From Bacteroidota bacterium (lineage in GTDB: Bacteria > Bacteroidota > Ignavibacteria > UBA10030 > UBA8401): a DNA stretch of 63,032 nucleotides. The stretch lies in contig JACFMZ010000003.1 in assembly GCA_019455105.1 (NCBI GenBank), positions 4,895 to 67,926 of the forward strand. The letters are read 5' to 3'. Positions 9,356 to 18,391 of this stretch are shown here, in pieces. The position numbers and the translations under genes are program-made. Every line of letters starts with the position of its first letter. Position 1 is the stretch's first letter. The notes below the pieces were generated by a model. That model was given only the letters and a program-made list of their open reading frames with translations. It had not been told where the DNA came from and made no database searches.

Positions 9356-10109
9356 ATTTCACCAGAATGCTGATTCTGCGATTTGTGAGATCAAAAGGAT
9401 CTGCCGTGTTTCTTAACCGCGTATCGGCGTATCCTCGAATTTCATCTAATTGTTTGTTGTGTAATCCATTTGTCATTAAAATACGCCGCGCACTGTTGGC
9501 GCGGTCGGCGCTGAGTTCAAAGTTTGTATATCCCGCAGTATTGGAATACGGGCGCGCATCGGTGTGTCCTTCAATGACGACATGATTTTTTATATTGCCG
9601 AGATTTTCCGCAATAGCTTTAAGAATATCAACCGCTTCCGGTTTTAGGTTTGCCGTACCGACATCAAAAAAGAATGCCTGAGACGATTCAACAAGTTCTA
9701 TTCTCATTCCCTCTTTTGTAAATTCAATTTTAATCTGCTTGGAGAGATCTTTTAAATTGGGAATGCGGGAAACATCATCGAGAATTTTCTTTGCAACATC
9801 CTGCATTGCTTTTTCCTGGCGTTTCAGCATTTCATCGCTTATGCGTTCGCCAAGTTCTATTTCTTGTTTCTCAAACGCTCCGCCTCCTTTGGTATTTTCA
9901 AAAAATGCGCCGGGGTCTTTAAAATAATTTGCAATATATTCTTTTACTTGTTTACTTTGACCGACGATCCACAGCACAATAAATAATGCCATCATTGCCG
10001 TTACAAAATCGGCATACGCCACCTTCCAGGCGCCGCCATGATGGCCTCCGTGATGTTTTTTTACTTTCTTAACAATTCTAATAGGTGTTTCTTTAATCTG
10101 CTGCTTCAT
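9339..10109 (-). CDS. motB: flagellar stator protein MotB (OmpA-like C-terminus)
   Basis: 'AWKVAYADFVTAMMALFIVLW' TM segment with the conserved Asp. OmpA-like 'IEGHTDARPY...ELSADRANSARRIL'. Confidence 0.9.
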   Translation of the reverse strand: MKQQIKETPIRIVKKVKKHHGGHHGGAWKVAYADFVTAMMALFIVLWIVGQSKQVKEYIANYFKDPGAFFENTKGGGAFEKQEIELGERISDEMLKRQEKAMQDVAKKILDDVSRIPNLKDLSKQIKIEFTKEGMRIELVESSQAFFFDVGTANLKPEAVDILKAIAENLGNIKNHVVIEGHTDARPYSNTAGYTNFELSADRANSARRILMTNGLHNKQLDEIRGYADTRLRNTADPFDLTNRRISILVKYDGQQ

Positions 10110-10112
10110 AAT

Positions 10113-10976
10113 TTACTTTGCCGCCTTTAAAGTTTTCACCGCATCTTCTAATTCACGGAACGTCGGTCTGAAATCGTTAAAAATAACTCTTCGTGCAAAT
10201 TCAACAACAATCATGGGGGCATTGCCTTTTGCGTAAGAAAGAACGCCGACTTTAATGCATTCGAGATACCGCATTTCCGACTGATGGGTAATTTCCAAAT
10301 TAGTTGTCAAAGGACCGATAAATCCGTAGGACATTAACACGCCGAGAAATGTTCCGACTAAAGCGGCGGCAACTTTCATTCCGACTTCTTCCGGCGGACC
10401 GTCAATTGCCTGCATGGTGATAATAATTCCCAATACGGCGGCAACAATTCCAAGACCCGGAAGCGCATCTCCCATTTTCTGTAAAATGCCGGGAGCTTGG
10501 GAACCTTCAATTAATGTTGTCTCTGCATCGGCATCCAAAATTGCTTCCAAATCATGAGCCGGAACTCCGCCGCTGAGAAGAATTTTTAAAGTATCGGTTA
10601 AATAATACAGTGCATGGTGATTTTTTAGCAGAAACGGATTTTTCGAAAAAATTGTACTGCTTTCCGGTTTTTCAATATGCTGTTCAATGTTCATTAAACC
10701 ATCGCGGGTGGCAATGTTAAAAAGTTCAAACATTGTCTTCAGTAAATTAAGATATTCTTCTTTTGTGTACGGGTCCCCTTTGAGCAGCGACATTAAGTTG
10801 CCGGCAAGGTGTTTTAAAATTCGAGGCGGCGCGCTGACAAGCATTGAGCCGATAGCGGCTCCGCCGATAATTAAGAATTCATTTACCTGAACCAACACTG
10901 CCAGCGGTCCTTCGTGCATAACAAATCCGCCGAGAACACACGCAATAACGACAACAATTCCGATAATGACAAACAT
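10113..10976 (-). CDS. motA: flagellar stator protein MotA
   Basis: Four-TM MotA/TolQ/ExbB architecture. 'ALPGLGIVAAVLGIIITM' and 'ALVGTFLGVLMSYGFIGP' are present. Confidence 0.9.
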   Translation of the reverse strand: MFVIIGIVVVIACVLGGFVMHEGPLAVLVQVNEFLIIGGAAIGSMLVSAPPRILKHLAGNLMSLLKGDPYTKEEYLNLLKTMFELFNIATRDGLMNIEQHIEKPESSTIFSKNPFLLKNHHALYYLTDTLKILLSGGVPAHDLEAILDADAETTLIEGSQAPGILQKMGDALPGLGIVAAVLGIIITMQAIDGPPEEVGMKVAAALVGTFLGVLMSYGFIGPLTTNLEITHQSEMRYLECIKVGVLSYAKGNAPMIVVEFARRVIFNDFRPTFRELEDAVKTLKAAK

Positions 10977-10994
10977 TGTTTAATCCTTTTTTCG

Positions 10995-11249
10995 TTACCG
11001 TGAAGGTTGTTTTGTTTTTGATTGTTGTTTTAAGAATTTGATAGTCGATGATAACACTTCTTTTGAAGTCTGTGCCGCTTCTTTATTTTGCTGCTGAATT
11101 TGTTCATACACTTCTGCTCGAAATATTTTAATTTCTTTCGGAGCTTCAATGCCAAGGCGTACCTGCCCGTCTTGCACACCGAGTACTTTAATAGAAATAG
11201 TATCGCCGATTTTTATTACTTCTTCAATTTTTCTGCTGAGAATAAGCAT
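10995..11249 (-). CDS. csrA: carbon storage regulator CsrA
   Basis: 'MLILSRKIEEVIKIGD...IKVLGVQDGQVRLGIEAPKEIKIFRAEVYEQI' is the canonical CsrA sequence pattern. Confidence 0.95.
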   Translation of the reverse strand: MLILSRKIEEVIKIGDTISIKVLGVQDGQVRLGIEAPKEIKIFRAEVYEQIQQQNKEAAQTSKEVLSSTIKFLKQQSKTKQPSR

Positions 11250-11251
11250 GG

Positions 11252-11665
11252 CTACCCCGCTAATGAGTCTGTTAATAAGAGAAGCGGGGTTCGTACATCC
11301 AACGCCTCATCATCAAGAATAATTTGTTTTCCCGTTCGATCTTCGTTATTGATAAGCAGCGGACTTTTCAAATTAACCGTTGAGGTCTCAATATGTTCGT
11401 TAATAGAAGCAACGACAAAGAGCGTAACATCTTTTCCTTGAACATATTGTTCGTTGAACTGCGCGTGTACCATTGAAGGTTCAATCAGCGGAAAACTTAA
11501 TTCCGGATCTTCAAGGGAAACAAGCCAGCGAAACGGTTCACTCGATTCATCATTAACAATGATAAACTTTTTATTTTCTTCAAACCCGATGATGCCGCCG
11601 GGAAAGTGAAGAATATGTTTCTCTTCAAATTCAAACTCTCCAAAAATTCTGTTCGTCCATTTCAT
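11252..11665 (-). CDS. fliW: flagellar assembly factor FliW (CsrA antagonist)
   Basis: 'ILHFPGGIIGFE...FIIVNDESSEPFRWLVSLEDPELSFPLIEP' is a FliW signature. Adjacent to csrA. Confidence 0.9.
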   Translation of the reverse strand: MKWTNRIFGEFEFEEKHILHFPGGIIGFEENKKFIIVNDESSEPFRWLVSLEDPELSFPLIEPSMVHAQFNEQYVQGKDVTLFVVASINEHIETSTVNLKSPLLINNEDRTGKQIILDDEALDVRTPLLLLTDSLAG

Positions 11666-11670
11666 AGTTC

Positions 11671-12408
11671 TTACTCCCCGTGTAATGCTTGTTGTCGTTG
11701 TTGGTTAAGTGTCTGCGTTAACTGCGACATTAATATCACAATATCTACTCTTCTATTCAATGCCCGGTGTGCTTCCGTATCGTTCGGCGCTACCGGTTTA
11801 TTCTCTCCATAGCCGACGACCGAAACTCTCTCCGGGTCTAGCTGATATTTATCCATCATATAAAACGCAGTGTTAATTGCCCTGCCGACGGAAAGATGCC
11901 AATTAGAAGGAAATGCCGCCGAATGAATCGGAACATTATCCGTATGACCTTCCACGCGAATTTCATTCGGAAGCGTGGATAATACTTTGGCTAAAGAATC
12001 TAACGTTTGATACGAACTTCTTTTCAATTGAGATTCGCCGGATGAAAATAATAATTCTTCCTGAATATGAACCGTAACACCCCGCTCATTCATTGTTACC
12101 GAAATGCGCGAATCGCCGTTTTTAATGCCGAGTGATTCATCCAGCAATTTTTCTATTCGCAATTGTTCTTCAAATCCTTCCAGCAAACCTTTTTGCCCGA
12201 TTCCTTTCTGCAAATCTAACGTGTTTGAACCGAACACTCCGCCGAAGGCTTCGACTAACTGCGCATATTTTTTTGTGTCAATGTTCGACATTGCGTACAG
12301 AATAACAAACAATCCGAGCAGCAGCGTAATTAAATCGGAATACGTGAGCAGCCAGCGATCGCTTCCTGATTCTTCTGCATGTTTCTTATTCTTTTTTCTC
12401 ATTGCCAT
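11671..12408 (-). CDS. second MotB/PomB/MotS-family stator protein (OmpA-like)
   Basis: 'RWLLTYSDLITLLLGLFVILY' with the conserved Asp. 'VEGHTDNVPI...NWHLSVGRAINTAFYM...ALNRRVDIVI'. Confidence 0.85.
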   Translation of the reverse strand: MAMRKKNKKHAEESGSDRWLLTYSDLITLLLGLFVILYAMSNIDTKKYAQLVEAFGGVFGSNTLDLQKGIGQKGLLEGFEEQLRIEKLLDESLGIKNGDSRISVTMNERGVTVHIQEELLFSSGESQLKRSSYQTLDSLAKVLSTLPNEIRVEGHTDNVPIHSAAFPSNWHLSVGRAINTAFYMMDKYQLDPERVSVVGYGENKPVAPNDTEAHRALNRRVDIVILMSQLTQTLNQQRQQALHGE

Positions 12409-13180
12409 CGATAGATTGTAATTCTTTAGGAAGCATACTGTTCAACTTCGAGCGAATAATGGAAGGAATTTCTCCTTCTTGAATTCCGACGATACCTTCG
12501 GTTACTAAATCCATAAAAATTTGTTCTTCCGCGTCAATGCTTCGCAGTTTATCCGCAATGGGAAGCCAGACAAGATTTGCCATGAACACGCCCCACAACG
12601 TAGCAATAAATGCCGTGGCAATGTGTTGAATTAATTTCGTCGGGTCTTCACCGGCATTTGCCAGTGTTGCAATCAATCCCATTACCGTTCCGATAATTCC
12701 CATGGTCGGCGAATAGCCCCCCATACGTTGAAACAGAGAAATATGTTTTTCATGTCGTTCACTGACATACTGCGCTTCTGTTTCGGCAATGGAACGAAGA
12801 ACCTGAATATCAATTCCGTCAATTGTATACCGCAGAAGTTTTAACAAAAACGGATCGCTGACTGCCGACAAATGTTTTTCAAGAACCAACAAACCTTCTT
12901 TTCGCGCTACCATAGAAAATTCCACAATGGAATTTATAATAGAGCGGTAATCTCGTTCCGGCGGCCGTATAGTAATCATTATCAGCGTAAAAAATTTTTT
13001 CATTATCGCCAGCGGCGTGCCGATCATTGCTGTGGCAAATGTACCGCCGAAGACGATTAACATTGCCGGCAGAAGAATCAGCGCTCCAATCTCTCCGCCT
13101 TCCAAAAGAAATGAGCCGAAGATGGCAAGAAGCCCTATGGTTAACCCCCCGACGGTTCCGATATCAAATTTTCTTTTCAT
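12386..13180 (-). CDS. second MotA/PomA/MotP-family stator protein
   Basis: MotA/TolQ/ExbB-type TM pattern. 'SPTMGIIGTVMGLI' and 'AFIATLWGVFMANLVWLPIADKL' are present. Confidence 0.85.
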   Translation of the reverse strand: MKRKFDIGTVGGLTIGLLAIFGSFLLEGGEIGALILLPAMLIVFGGTFATAMIGTPLAIMKKFFTLIMITIRPPERDYRSIINSIVEFSMVARKEGLLVLEKHLSAVSDPFLLKLLRYTIDGIDIQVLRSIAETEAQYVSERHEKHISLFQRMGGYSPTMGIIGTVMGLIATLANAGEDPTKLIQHIATAFIATLWGVFMANLVWLPIADKLRSIDAEEQIFMDLVTEGIVGIQEGEIPSIIRSKLNSMLPKELQSIDGNEKKE

Positions 13181-13181
13181 G

Positions 13182-14069
13182 TTACCGCAAATAATCTAAT
13201 AACGATTTCGGAATAATTCTGCCGCCGGTATTCAATGCGGCATCAAGCATCGTTTCTTCTTGTTTTAACTGCATCACTGCCTGTGCAACATCGGTATCTT
13301 GTGTAATAGAAAGATACTGAACAATCTGGCTTTGCTGAGAATCTAAGTTTTGGCTGACTGCATCAAAATGATTGGCGTACGAAGCGGCGTAGCTTGCCGT
13401 ATCCAAAATATTGTTTATTGACTGATCGACCTGCGGAGAATAGACCGAAGCATCAAACGAACCGTTCTTCATCGCATCACGAATTTGAACAAGCAAATCG
13501 AAATACTGCGTTCCTTTTAATCCCTGCTCGCCGCTGATGTTTGCCTGATGGGCAATTGAATCGCCGATCTGAAATTTAATAACACCGTCTATCCCTTTCG
13601 GATTTTTCGTCACCGCTGAGCCGTCCGGCGCTAACGTGTACGGAAGATCGAGAGACTGGGTTCCGCCGAAAATAAATTTGCCGTTAAATTTTGTATTGGC
13701 AATATCCACTCCTTCGGATAACAGCTGGTTCACTCGCTCGCTTAACGTTGCTAAATCCGATTCGTTCTTTGTGCCGGAAGCTCTTACCAAGACTTCTTTT
13801 ACGCTTGTCATCATATCGGCAAATTGACTGAGAATATCGGCAGTGGTATCGGCAAGTTCCTGTCCTTCAAGAGCATTTTTTTTGTACTGCTCTCTTGCAC
13901 TTTTCAATTCATTTAAACGCAGCACGGTATCGGCAACCTGCGGATCATCCGATGCGTTTTGAATTTTTTTTCCGCTGGCAAGCTGCGATTGTAAATTCAC
14001 TATTCGTTCGCGGGATTTATTCAGCGTAAAAAGAAAATTGGTGGCAATTGTTCCTTCGGTAATTCTCAT
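13182..14069 (-). CDS. flgL: flagellar hook-associated protein 3 (FlgL)
   Basis: Flagellin-like N-terminus 'MRITEGTIATNFLFTLNKSRERIVNLQSQLASGKKI' and C-terminus. Position after flgK. Confidence 0.85.
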   Translation of the reverse strand: MRITEGTIATNFLFTLNKSRERIVNLQSQLASGKKIQNASDDPQVADTVLRLNELKSAREQYKKNALEGQELADTTADILSQFADMMTSVKEVLVRASGTKNESDLATLSERVNQLLSEGVDIANTKFNGKFIFGGTQSLDLPYTLAPDGSAVTKNPKGIDGVIKFQIGDSIAHQANISGEQGLKGTQYFDLLVQIRDAMKNGSFDASVYSPQVDQSINNILDTASYAASYANHFDAVSQNLDSQQSQIVQYLSITQDTDVAQAVMQLKQEETMLDAALNTGGRIIPKSLLDYLR

Positions 14070-14071
14070 GG

Positions 14072-15439
14072 CTACCTCATATTCAATAATGTTTCAAACA
14101 TTTCATTCACCGTGTTTACAACACGGGCAGCCGCATCAAAGCCGTGTTGATATTGAATTAAGTTCGTCATCTCTTCATCCAGCGATACACCGGCAACGGA
14201 ATTTTGCTGAGTTTGTAATTGTTCAAGCACAAGCTGCTTGGAAGTAGATTCGGTATCTAACAATTGAATTTCCGAACCGAGACGGCTGACAATACTATTA
14301 TAATACTGCATCACCGAACTTGTGTTGCTGTACATTAAGCGCTCATTTTGAACGCCGGAAATTTCCAGCGCCACTTCATTATTGCCGGGCGATCCGTCTT
14401 TTGAAGCGGCAATTAAATTAATATTACTCAGCAGCGCCGGATTGAGTTCAATAGAAACGGCATCCGTTCCGGTAAAAAAATCTACTCCCGTGCTCGGCGG
14501 ATTGCCGATACCGTAGCCGGCGGAATGAATTTCGTTTATCCGGTCAATCATTGCTTTCGCCACCGAATCCAACTGTTCGCGGTATCCTGAAATTGTTGTA
14601 TCGTACAATGTCGTCAGTGCGCCGAGTTCACCGCTGGTTATTGTTACTTCCGTTGAAGAATTATTCGGAAGAATTTTAATTTTTCCTGCTGTTGAAGTAA
14701 TAGAAAGCGTAACGGCATTTCCGTTTGTTACCACGGTGGAACCGCCGATTGCAATTGTTGTTCCGCCCTGCTCGTTTTCCGTTGCTTTAATATTAACAAG
14801 CTGCGCTAAATCCGTAAGAAGTTTATCCCGCTGATCTTTCACATCATTGGGCTGCAAGCCTTGAGAGACCGCCGAAGTAATAGTATTATCTAATCCGGCA
14901 ATTGTTTTTAAGAAGCCGTTAATTTTATCAACTTTGGTGACGGCTTCATTATACACTTCTCTTTCTAAATCCGTTAAACCGCTGGAAAGGCGGTGAAAAG
15001 AATCATTCATTATAGTAGCGTTTTGTATCACGGCATTCCGGCTTGCGCTTTCTTCAGGATGCAGCGAGAGATTTTGAAACGCATTAAAGAAATTTGTCAT
15101 CATAGCATTTAAACCGCCGGATGACGGTTCTTGAAAATATGATTCTGCAAGTTTCAGCATCTGTTCTTTTTTTGCCGCCTGACCGTAATCCATAGTCGCA
15201 ATCTGTGTCTGCGCGTCAAGAAATTTTTCCCGCATACGCTGAACGGTTGCCGGTGTTACGCCGGTTCCAAGATATCCGAACATTGTTTTTTCCGGAAGCG
15301 ATGCAGACATTGTCAGACGCTGACGCGAATAGCCCGGCGCGCTGGCATTTGAAATATTATGCGAAGTAACGCTGATGCCGACTTGATTGGCGTTTAATGA
15401 TTTTTTTGCAATTTCTAATATTGACGACAGACTCGACAT
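14072..15439 (-). CDS. flgK: flagellar hook-associated protein 1 (FlgK)
   Basis: 'LNANQVGISVTSHNISNASAPGYSRQ' rod/hook N-terminal motif. C-terminal 'LIQYQHGFDAAARV'. Confidence 0.9.
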   Translation of the reverse strand: MSSLSSILEIAKKSLNANQVGISVTSHNISNASAPGYSRQRLTMSASLPEKTMFGYLGTGVTPATVQRMREKFLDAQTQIATMDYGQAAKKEQMLKLAESYFQEPSSGGLNAMMTNFFNAFQNLSLHPEESASRNAVIQNATIMNDSFHRLSSGLTDLEREVYNEAVTKVDKINGFLKTIAGLDNTITSAVSQGLQPNDVKDQRDKLLTDLAQLVNIKATENEQGGTTIAIGGSTVVTNGNAVTLSITSTAGKIKILPNNSSTEVTITSGELGALTTLYDTTISGYREQLDSVAKAMIDRINEIHSAGYGIGNPPSTGVDFFTGTDAVSIELNPALLSNINLIAASKDGSPGNNEVALEISGVQNERLMYSNTSSVMQYYNSIVSRLGSEIQLLDTESTSKQLVLEQLQTQQNSVAGVSLDEEMTNLIQYQHGFDAAARVVNTVNEMFETLLNMR

Positions 15440-15441
15440 CG

Positions 15442-15882
15442 TTACACCTTATGATCTAACAGCGGATGCTGAAAATTATTTGTTAACACAGAAAGCGTAT
15501 GCTGCACAAACGCCAGCGAGTGTTGAAGCAGATGTTGATTCTGCGTATTCCGTTTTTTAACAATTGTGGAAGCCGAATGCAGCCGATCGAACTGGCGGCG
15601 TAATTCTCCGCTTTCATCCAATGCGCCAAGATCGTTTTTTGTTAACAATGCGCCGTCCAATAAACAGTCCGCAGAAATTGTTTCAAGAAGAGCAATACGC
15701 CGGCGCTCTAATTTTTGAAATTGGGCGATAAGAGTTTCTTCTTCTGCCGTTACCTGTTCCAGCTGAGTTTTATTCCAGCAGATAAATGCTTCAAGTTTTT
15801 TATCCAATAATTGTTCTAATTGCACCGCTAAATCCGCTTCTTTGGAAATTACGGTCGTAAGCTGGCGAATATGGTCCGTCAT
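15442..15882 (-). CDS. flgN: FlgN-like flagellar export chaperone
   Basis: 146-aa helical protein immediately upstream of flgK-flgL. FlgN-like N-terminal pattern. ATGA overlap with flgJ. Confidence 0.55.
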   Translation of the reverse strand: MTDHIRQLTTVISKEADLAVQLEQLLDKKLEAFICWNKTQLEQVTAEEETLIAQFQKLERRRIALLETISADCLLDGALLTKNDLGALDESGELRRQFDRLHSASTIVKKRNTQNQHLLQHSLAFVQHTLSVLTNNFQHPLLDHKV

Positions 15883-16715
15883 TTTTTATTCCCTTCCGAA
15901 AATATTTCCTTAAATTGAAACACTCTTTTTACGTAATTCTGCGTTTCTGCTATCGGCGGAACGGTTCCGTGTTTTATTACGCGCTGCGGTCCGGCGTTAT
16001 ACGAAGCCACCGCCAGACGCACATCGCCGTCGAACGTATCGAGCAGTTGTTTTAAATATTTGGTTCCGCCGAAAATATTTTGTTCCGGATCCCACACATT
16101 TTTTACGCCCACCATTGCCGCCGTTGAATCTATCAGCTGCATTAATCCTTTTGCATTTGCCGAAGAAGCAGCACGCGGATTTCCCGCCGATTCGCTGGCA
16201 ATGACTGCTTTAATTAACGTAGAATCCACATTGTATTTTTCGGCAGCTTTTTGAATAATCGGCTCGTATTTTTCAACGGCACTTTTTACCGGCGTTGAAG
16301 TTTTTCCATTTCGCTGTTCAACAAGTTTTTTCAATTCATCAACAGGGTTTGTGTTTTTCGGCAGAGTGCGTTCTGCATCCGGCACCGTATAAGAACGAAT
16401 GTTCGGAAGTGATTCATTCGTTACATTTTTATAGACCGCCTCAGCAATGCCGAAATTAGAAGTGCGGGAAATATGTTTTGCCAATTCAAAATCCATCATT
16501 TCCTGCATCATCTCTCCGCCGAAACCATCGCTCTCGTTATCTTCATTTATTTTATTTGTCGATTCGCGCAGATTCTTTAAAAGATAATTCACAAACATTG
16601 CTTCAAAATCGCGGGCGGCTTTTTGCAGTTTCGCCTTTGATTTTTCGTCAAGTTTCTGCGGCGCTTTCGAAGCGTTTGTTGCCGCATTCAGCAAGATGTT
16701 TGTTTCGCTGTTCAT
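15879..16715 (-). CDS. flgJ: FlgJ-like protein: rod-binding domain fused to a lytic transglycosylase (SLT) domain
   Basis: Rod-binding motif 'AARDFEAMFVNYLLKNLRES'. SLT motif 'ASESAGNPRAASSANAKGLMQL...YNAGP'. Confidence 0.8.
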   Translation of the reverse strand: MNSETNILLNAATNASKAPQKLDEKSKAKLQKAARDFEAMFVNYLLKNLRESTNKINEDNESDGFGGEMMQEMMDFELAKHISRTSNFGIAEAVYKNVTNESLPNIRSYTVPDAERTLPKNTNPVDELKKLVEQRNGKTSTPVKSAVEKYEPIIQKAAEKYNVDSTLIKAVIASESAGNPRAASSANAKGLMQLIDSTAAMVGVKNVWDPEQNIFGGTKYLKQLLDTFDGDVRLAVASYNAGPQRVIKHGTVPPIAETQNYVKRVFQFKEIFSEGNKK

Positions 16716-16720
16716 AAGTT

Positions 16721-17812
16721 TTAGAGAATAACAAGCTCTGCTTTTAATGCACCGGCTTCTTTAAGCGCCTGAAAAATGGCAATAATATCTCTCGGCGTAA
16801 CTTTTAATGTATTTAATGCTTTGGCAATTTCTTGAACGGTTGCCGCGCCGTTAATGGCAACAACCGAAGTTGTATCAATATTCGTGGAAATTGTTGACAT
16901 CGGCGTTACAACGGTTCTTCCGTTGGAAAATGCCGGCGGCTGAGAAATAATCGGCGTCTGTTGAATTTCAATATTTAATCCGGCATGAGATATGGCAACC
17001 GGAAGAATCTGCACATTTCCGCCAACAACAATAGTTCCGGTTTTTTCATTAATCACAACTTTTGCGGAAACATCCGGAGTAATTTCGAGCAATTCAAGAA
17101 TGGAAATAAATTCTACTAATTTTCCTTCCGCCGTATAGGAAGCCGGAACATCAACAGCAATTGTTGAAGCATCAATGGCATTTGCCGAAGGAGTTCCCAG
17201 CGCCGTATCAATAGCACCGGCAATTCGCTTTGCCGTTGTAAAATCTGCCTGCCATAAGACAATAGAAATTTTTCCGTTTTCAACTAACTGAACGGTTAAC
17301 GGCTTTTCAATAATTGCACCGCCGGGAATTCTTCCGGCGGCTGTGTGATTGCGCCGCACTTCGCTTCCGTTGGAACGCACATTCATTCCGCCGACAGAAA
17401 TTGCTCCCTGCGCCGAAGCATAAATTGCTCCGTTGGTTGTAGAAAGAGGCGTAACCAATAATGTTCCTCCCTGCAGTCCCGTGGCATCGCCTAACGAAGA
17501 AACTGTTACATCCATAACTCCGCCGGATTTAGAAAACGGCGGCAACGATGCCGTTACCATTACGGCGGCAACATTGCGAAGCCGTAAATCATTTTGCGGA
17601 ACAGTAATACCGAACCGTTTCAGCATACTTGAAACTGATTGAATGGTAAAGGTGGAACGCTGACTGTCGCCGGTTCCATTTAACCCGACAACCAATCCGT
17701 AGCCGATTAATTGTTCGGAAACCATTCCCTGAATGTACGCGAGGTCTTTAATTCTTGTGGCAGAAAAAAGAAATTCCGCCGCGAACAAAAAAAGTATTAG
17801 TAAGCGTTTCAT
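16721..17812 (-). CDS. flgI: flagellar P-ring protein FlgI
   Basis: Start set at the ATG 17812 signal peptide (MKRLLILFLF). 'RIKDLA...QLIGYGLVVGLNGTGD' is the FlgI signature. Confidence 0.92.
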   Translation of the reverse strand: MKRLLILFLFAAEFLFSATRIKDLAYIQGMVSEQLIGYGLVVGLNGTGDSQRSTFTIQSVSSMLKRFGITVPQNDLRLRNVAAVMVTASLPPFSKSGGVMDVTVSSLGDATGLQGGTLLVTPLSTTNGAIYASAQGAISVGGMNVRSNGSEVRRNHTAAGRIPGGAIIEKPLTVQLVENGKISIVLWQADFTTAKRIAGAIDTALGTPSANAIDASTIAVDVPASYTAEGKLVEFISILELLEITPDVSAKVVINEKTGTIVVGGNVQILPVAISHAGLNIEIQQTPIISQPPAFSNGRTVVTPMSTISTNIDTTSVVAINGAATVQEIAKALNTLKVTPRDIIAIFQALKEAGALKAELVIL

Positions 17813-17814
17813 AA

Positions 17815-18387
17815 TTAAAATATCCAATGAAAAAATTTTGTTAACCATCCCGGCTCCTGCGCATCACTAATCATTCCTTTTCCTTCAATCACAATCACCG
17901 CATCTGAAATATTGTAGGAATAGACACTGTTATCCGATTGAATATCCGAAGGACGCACGACGCCGGAAAGTTTTATTGTTTGATTTTCTCCGTTCACGCT
18001 GATTACTCGGCTGCCGCTGATGTAAAGATTTCCGTTGACTGCCAGCGAATCAACTTTGGCAGAAATTTTTGTCTGCACAGAACCTTTCGTTGCGGCGGAA
18101 CCAATTCCTTTAAAATCATTTCCTGTTCCGATTGATGCACCGACATCCAGCAGCGATTTTGTTCCGCTTTTTGCGCCGGAACTAAGAGATAAATTACTTT
18201 CCCGCGAAGCAGCCGTGCGCGTATCGTTCGAAGCGGAGGAAGATTCCACCACCAGCACCGTTACCGCATCGCCGATACTGCCGGCTTTTTGATCCGCAAA
18301 AAGAGAGCGTAAAGAATTTTGCCGCAAATCTTGAGCCGTGCCGACCGCAAGTATGACAAAGAAGAAGAATACAAATTTATGTTTCAT
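17815..18387 (-). CDS. flgH: flagellar L-ring protein FlgH
   Basis: Start set at ATG 18387 (MKHKFVFFFF signal peptide), 4 nt after the flgA stop. 'SLFADQKA...GDAVTVLVVESSSAS' and 'NGNLYISGSRVISVNGE' are present. Confidence 0.9.
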   Translation of the reverse strand: MKHKFVFFFFVILAVGTAQDLRQNSLRSLFADQKAGSIGDAVTVLVVESSSASNDTRTAASRESNLSLSSGAKSGTKSLLDVGASIGTGNDFKGIGSAATKGSVQTKISAKVDSLAVNGNLYISGSRVISVNGENQTIKLSGVVRPSDIQSDNSVYSYNISDAVIVIEGKGMISDAQEPGWLTKFFHWIF

Positions 18388-18391
18388 ACCA

